A DNA stretch of 49,698 nt. Origin: Oleiphilaceae bacterium. GTDB taxonomy: Bacteria; Pseudomonadota; Gammaproteobacteria; Pseudomonadales; Oleiphilaceae. The notes beneath the pieces were generated by a model, which saw nothing but the letters and a program-made list of their open reading frames with translations, was not told the DNA's origin and made no database searches. The position numbers were made by a program, and so were the translations under genes. This document shows, in pieces, positions 49,068 through 49,698 of the stretch. The stretch is taken from assembly GCA_041591755.1 (NCBI GenBank), contig JBFHRI010000001.1, forward strand, positions 1 to 49,698, written 5' to 3'. Position 1 is the stretch's first letter; each line of letters opens with the position of its first letter.

Positions 49068-49646
49068 TCAGCAATTATTAGTTTCCAGCGCGAAATCCAG
49101 CACTCGGCGTTTCCCTAACCAGACCTTGCCCAGGTAAATGCCCGGCGCTACCTCGCGAATTTCATCGCGAATCGAGCGCGCGAGTAGAGAGGTGCTACCG
49201 TAGTCGATCACGGTGGTGTCTTTGCCATCCATCCAGCTTTTGTCGCGATACACTTTGGCGACGATCAACTTGCTGCCAATCGGCAGCACTTTATTAACCA
49301 CTACGCCCGAGTTGTAGTCCGGCGCAAACAAATCAAAGACTTTGCCTTGCCAGGCTAGCTTACGAGCGATCGCGGCAAATACCCGGCCGGTCAGGCGATT
49401 TCCTAAAATGGCGGTACCGCGGGTATCGCCTTGCGGCACCGCACCGGGTTTGGCTTGTTTATAAATTTGGTCTAATTCTTTGCGCGACATCTGTAACCAC
49501 TGCGAGACCAGTGGTTGTGGGGAGCTGACGGGCTCAGACCGCGCCGCAGTGCTACGCCGTGACGGCTGGGCGCTGCTGGATTTGGGTTTCGCTTTGCCAC
49601 GCTTCACGCTGGTTTTGCTGGGGGCTTCGGTGCTGGCAATACTCAT
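49068..49646 (-). CDS. hypothetical protein: basic disordered N-terminus plus GXWXG/DUF4334-like domain
   Basis: 192 aa. The first ~45 residues are Lys/Ser/Pro/Arg-rich. The AWQGKVF and VIDYGS...IRDEIREVAPGIYLGKVW segments resemble GXWXG plus DUF4334 proteins, recalled from memory only. GAGGA Shine-Dalgarno 8 nt upstream. Confidence 0.5.
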   Translation of the reverse strand: MSIASTEAPSKTSVKRGKAKPKSSSAQPSRRSTAARSEPVSSPQPLVSQWLQMSRKELDQIYKQAKPGAVPQGDTRGTAILGNRLTGRVFAAIARKLAWQGKVFDLFAPDYNSGVVVNKVLPIGSKLIVAKVYRDKSWMDGKDTTVIDYGSTSLLARSIRDEIREVAPGIYLGKVWLGKRRVLDFALETNNC

Positions 49647-49698
49647 AGCGGCATTCCTCGTTTAGTGGCTCACGGCCAAGGTTCGGGAGGTTGTGAGC

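Noticed and set aside
1-49698. Scan for CRISPR arrays, tRNA or rRNA genes, prophage, IS or integrase genes, and toxin-antitoxin pairs.
   Set aside because: No regularly spaced direct repeats, no cloverleaf-like intergenic segments and no recombinase or transposase motifs appeared in any ORF. The only mobile-like feature is the inverted-repeat-bounded element at 12459-12731.

Overview
Chromosomal window from a moderately GC-rich gammaproteobacterium, about 90% coding. No rRNA, tRNA, CRISPR, transposase or integrase genes were seen. Most of it is housekeeping. From memory, the gene order closely follows Pseudomonas-type synteny in three blocks: dksA-gluQ-[cbrA missing]-cbrB-like-[sRNA locus]-pcnB-folK-panB-panC-[panD missing]-pgi; yggT-[insert]-metX-metW-DUF4426-rdgB-hemW; and argC-hyp-bactofilin-erpA. 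Other genes are mobA, trxA, ppx, tsaD, folB plus a second folK, hemL-thiE-hemJ-ClC, tmcA, a PLP decarboxylase, a 7TMR-DISM/EAL protein, and selD-selU followed by a PhnDCE-like ABC transporter.

Regions worth a second look:
1. A five-gene minus-strand operon at the right end (43966-49646). It combines a DyP peroxidase, a catalase-fold protein with an apparent distal His-to-Asn change, an alpha/beta hydrolase, an internally duplicated HFAR(F/W)-motif membrane protein, and a small GXWXG/DUF4334-like protein. I know of no characterised pathway with this composition.
2. An 870-bp AT-rich non-coding gap between the cbrB-like regulator and pcnB. It has a good sigma-54 promoter and several AAnAAnAA blocks on the minus strand, so it may encode a CrcZ-like Hfq/Crc sponge RNA.
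3. A 273-bp element bounded by 26-bp perfect inverted repeats, with nested hairpins, sitting where cbrA would be expected.
4. A solitary dynamin-like GTPase inserted between yggT and metX.
5. An orphan MreB paralog.

All functional calls rest on motifs read from the translations and on remembered family knowledge. No searches were run.
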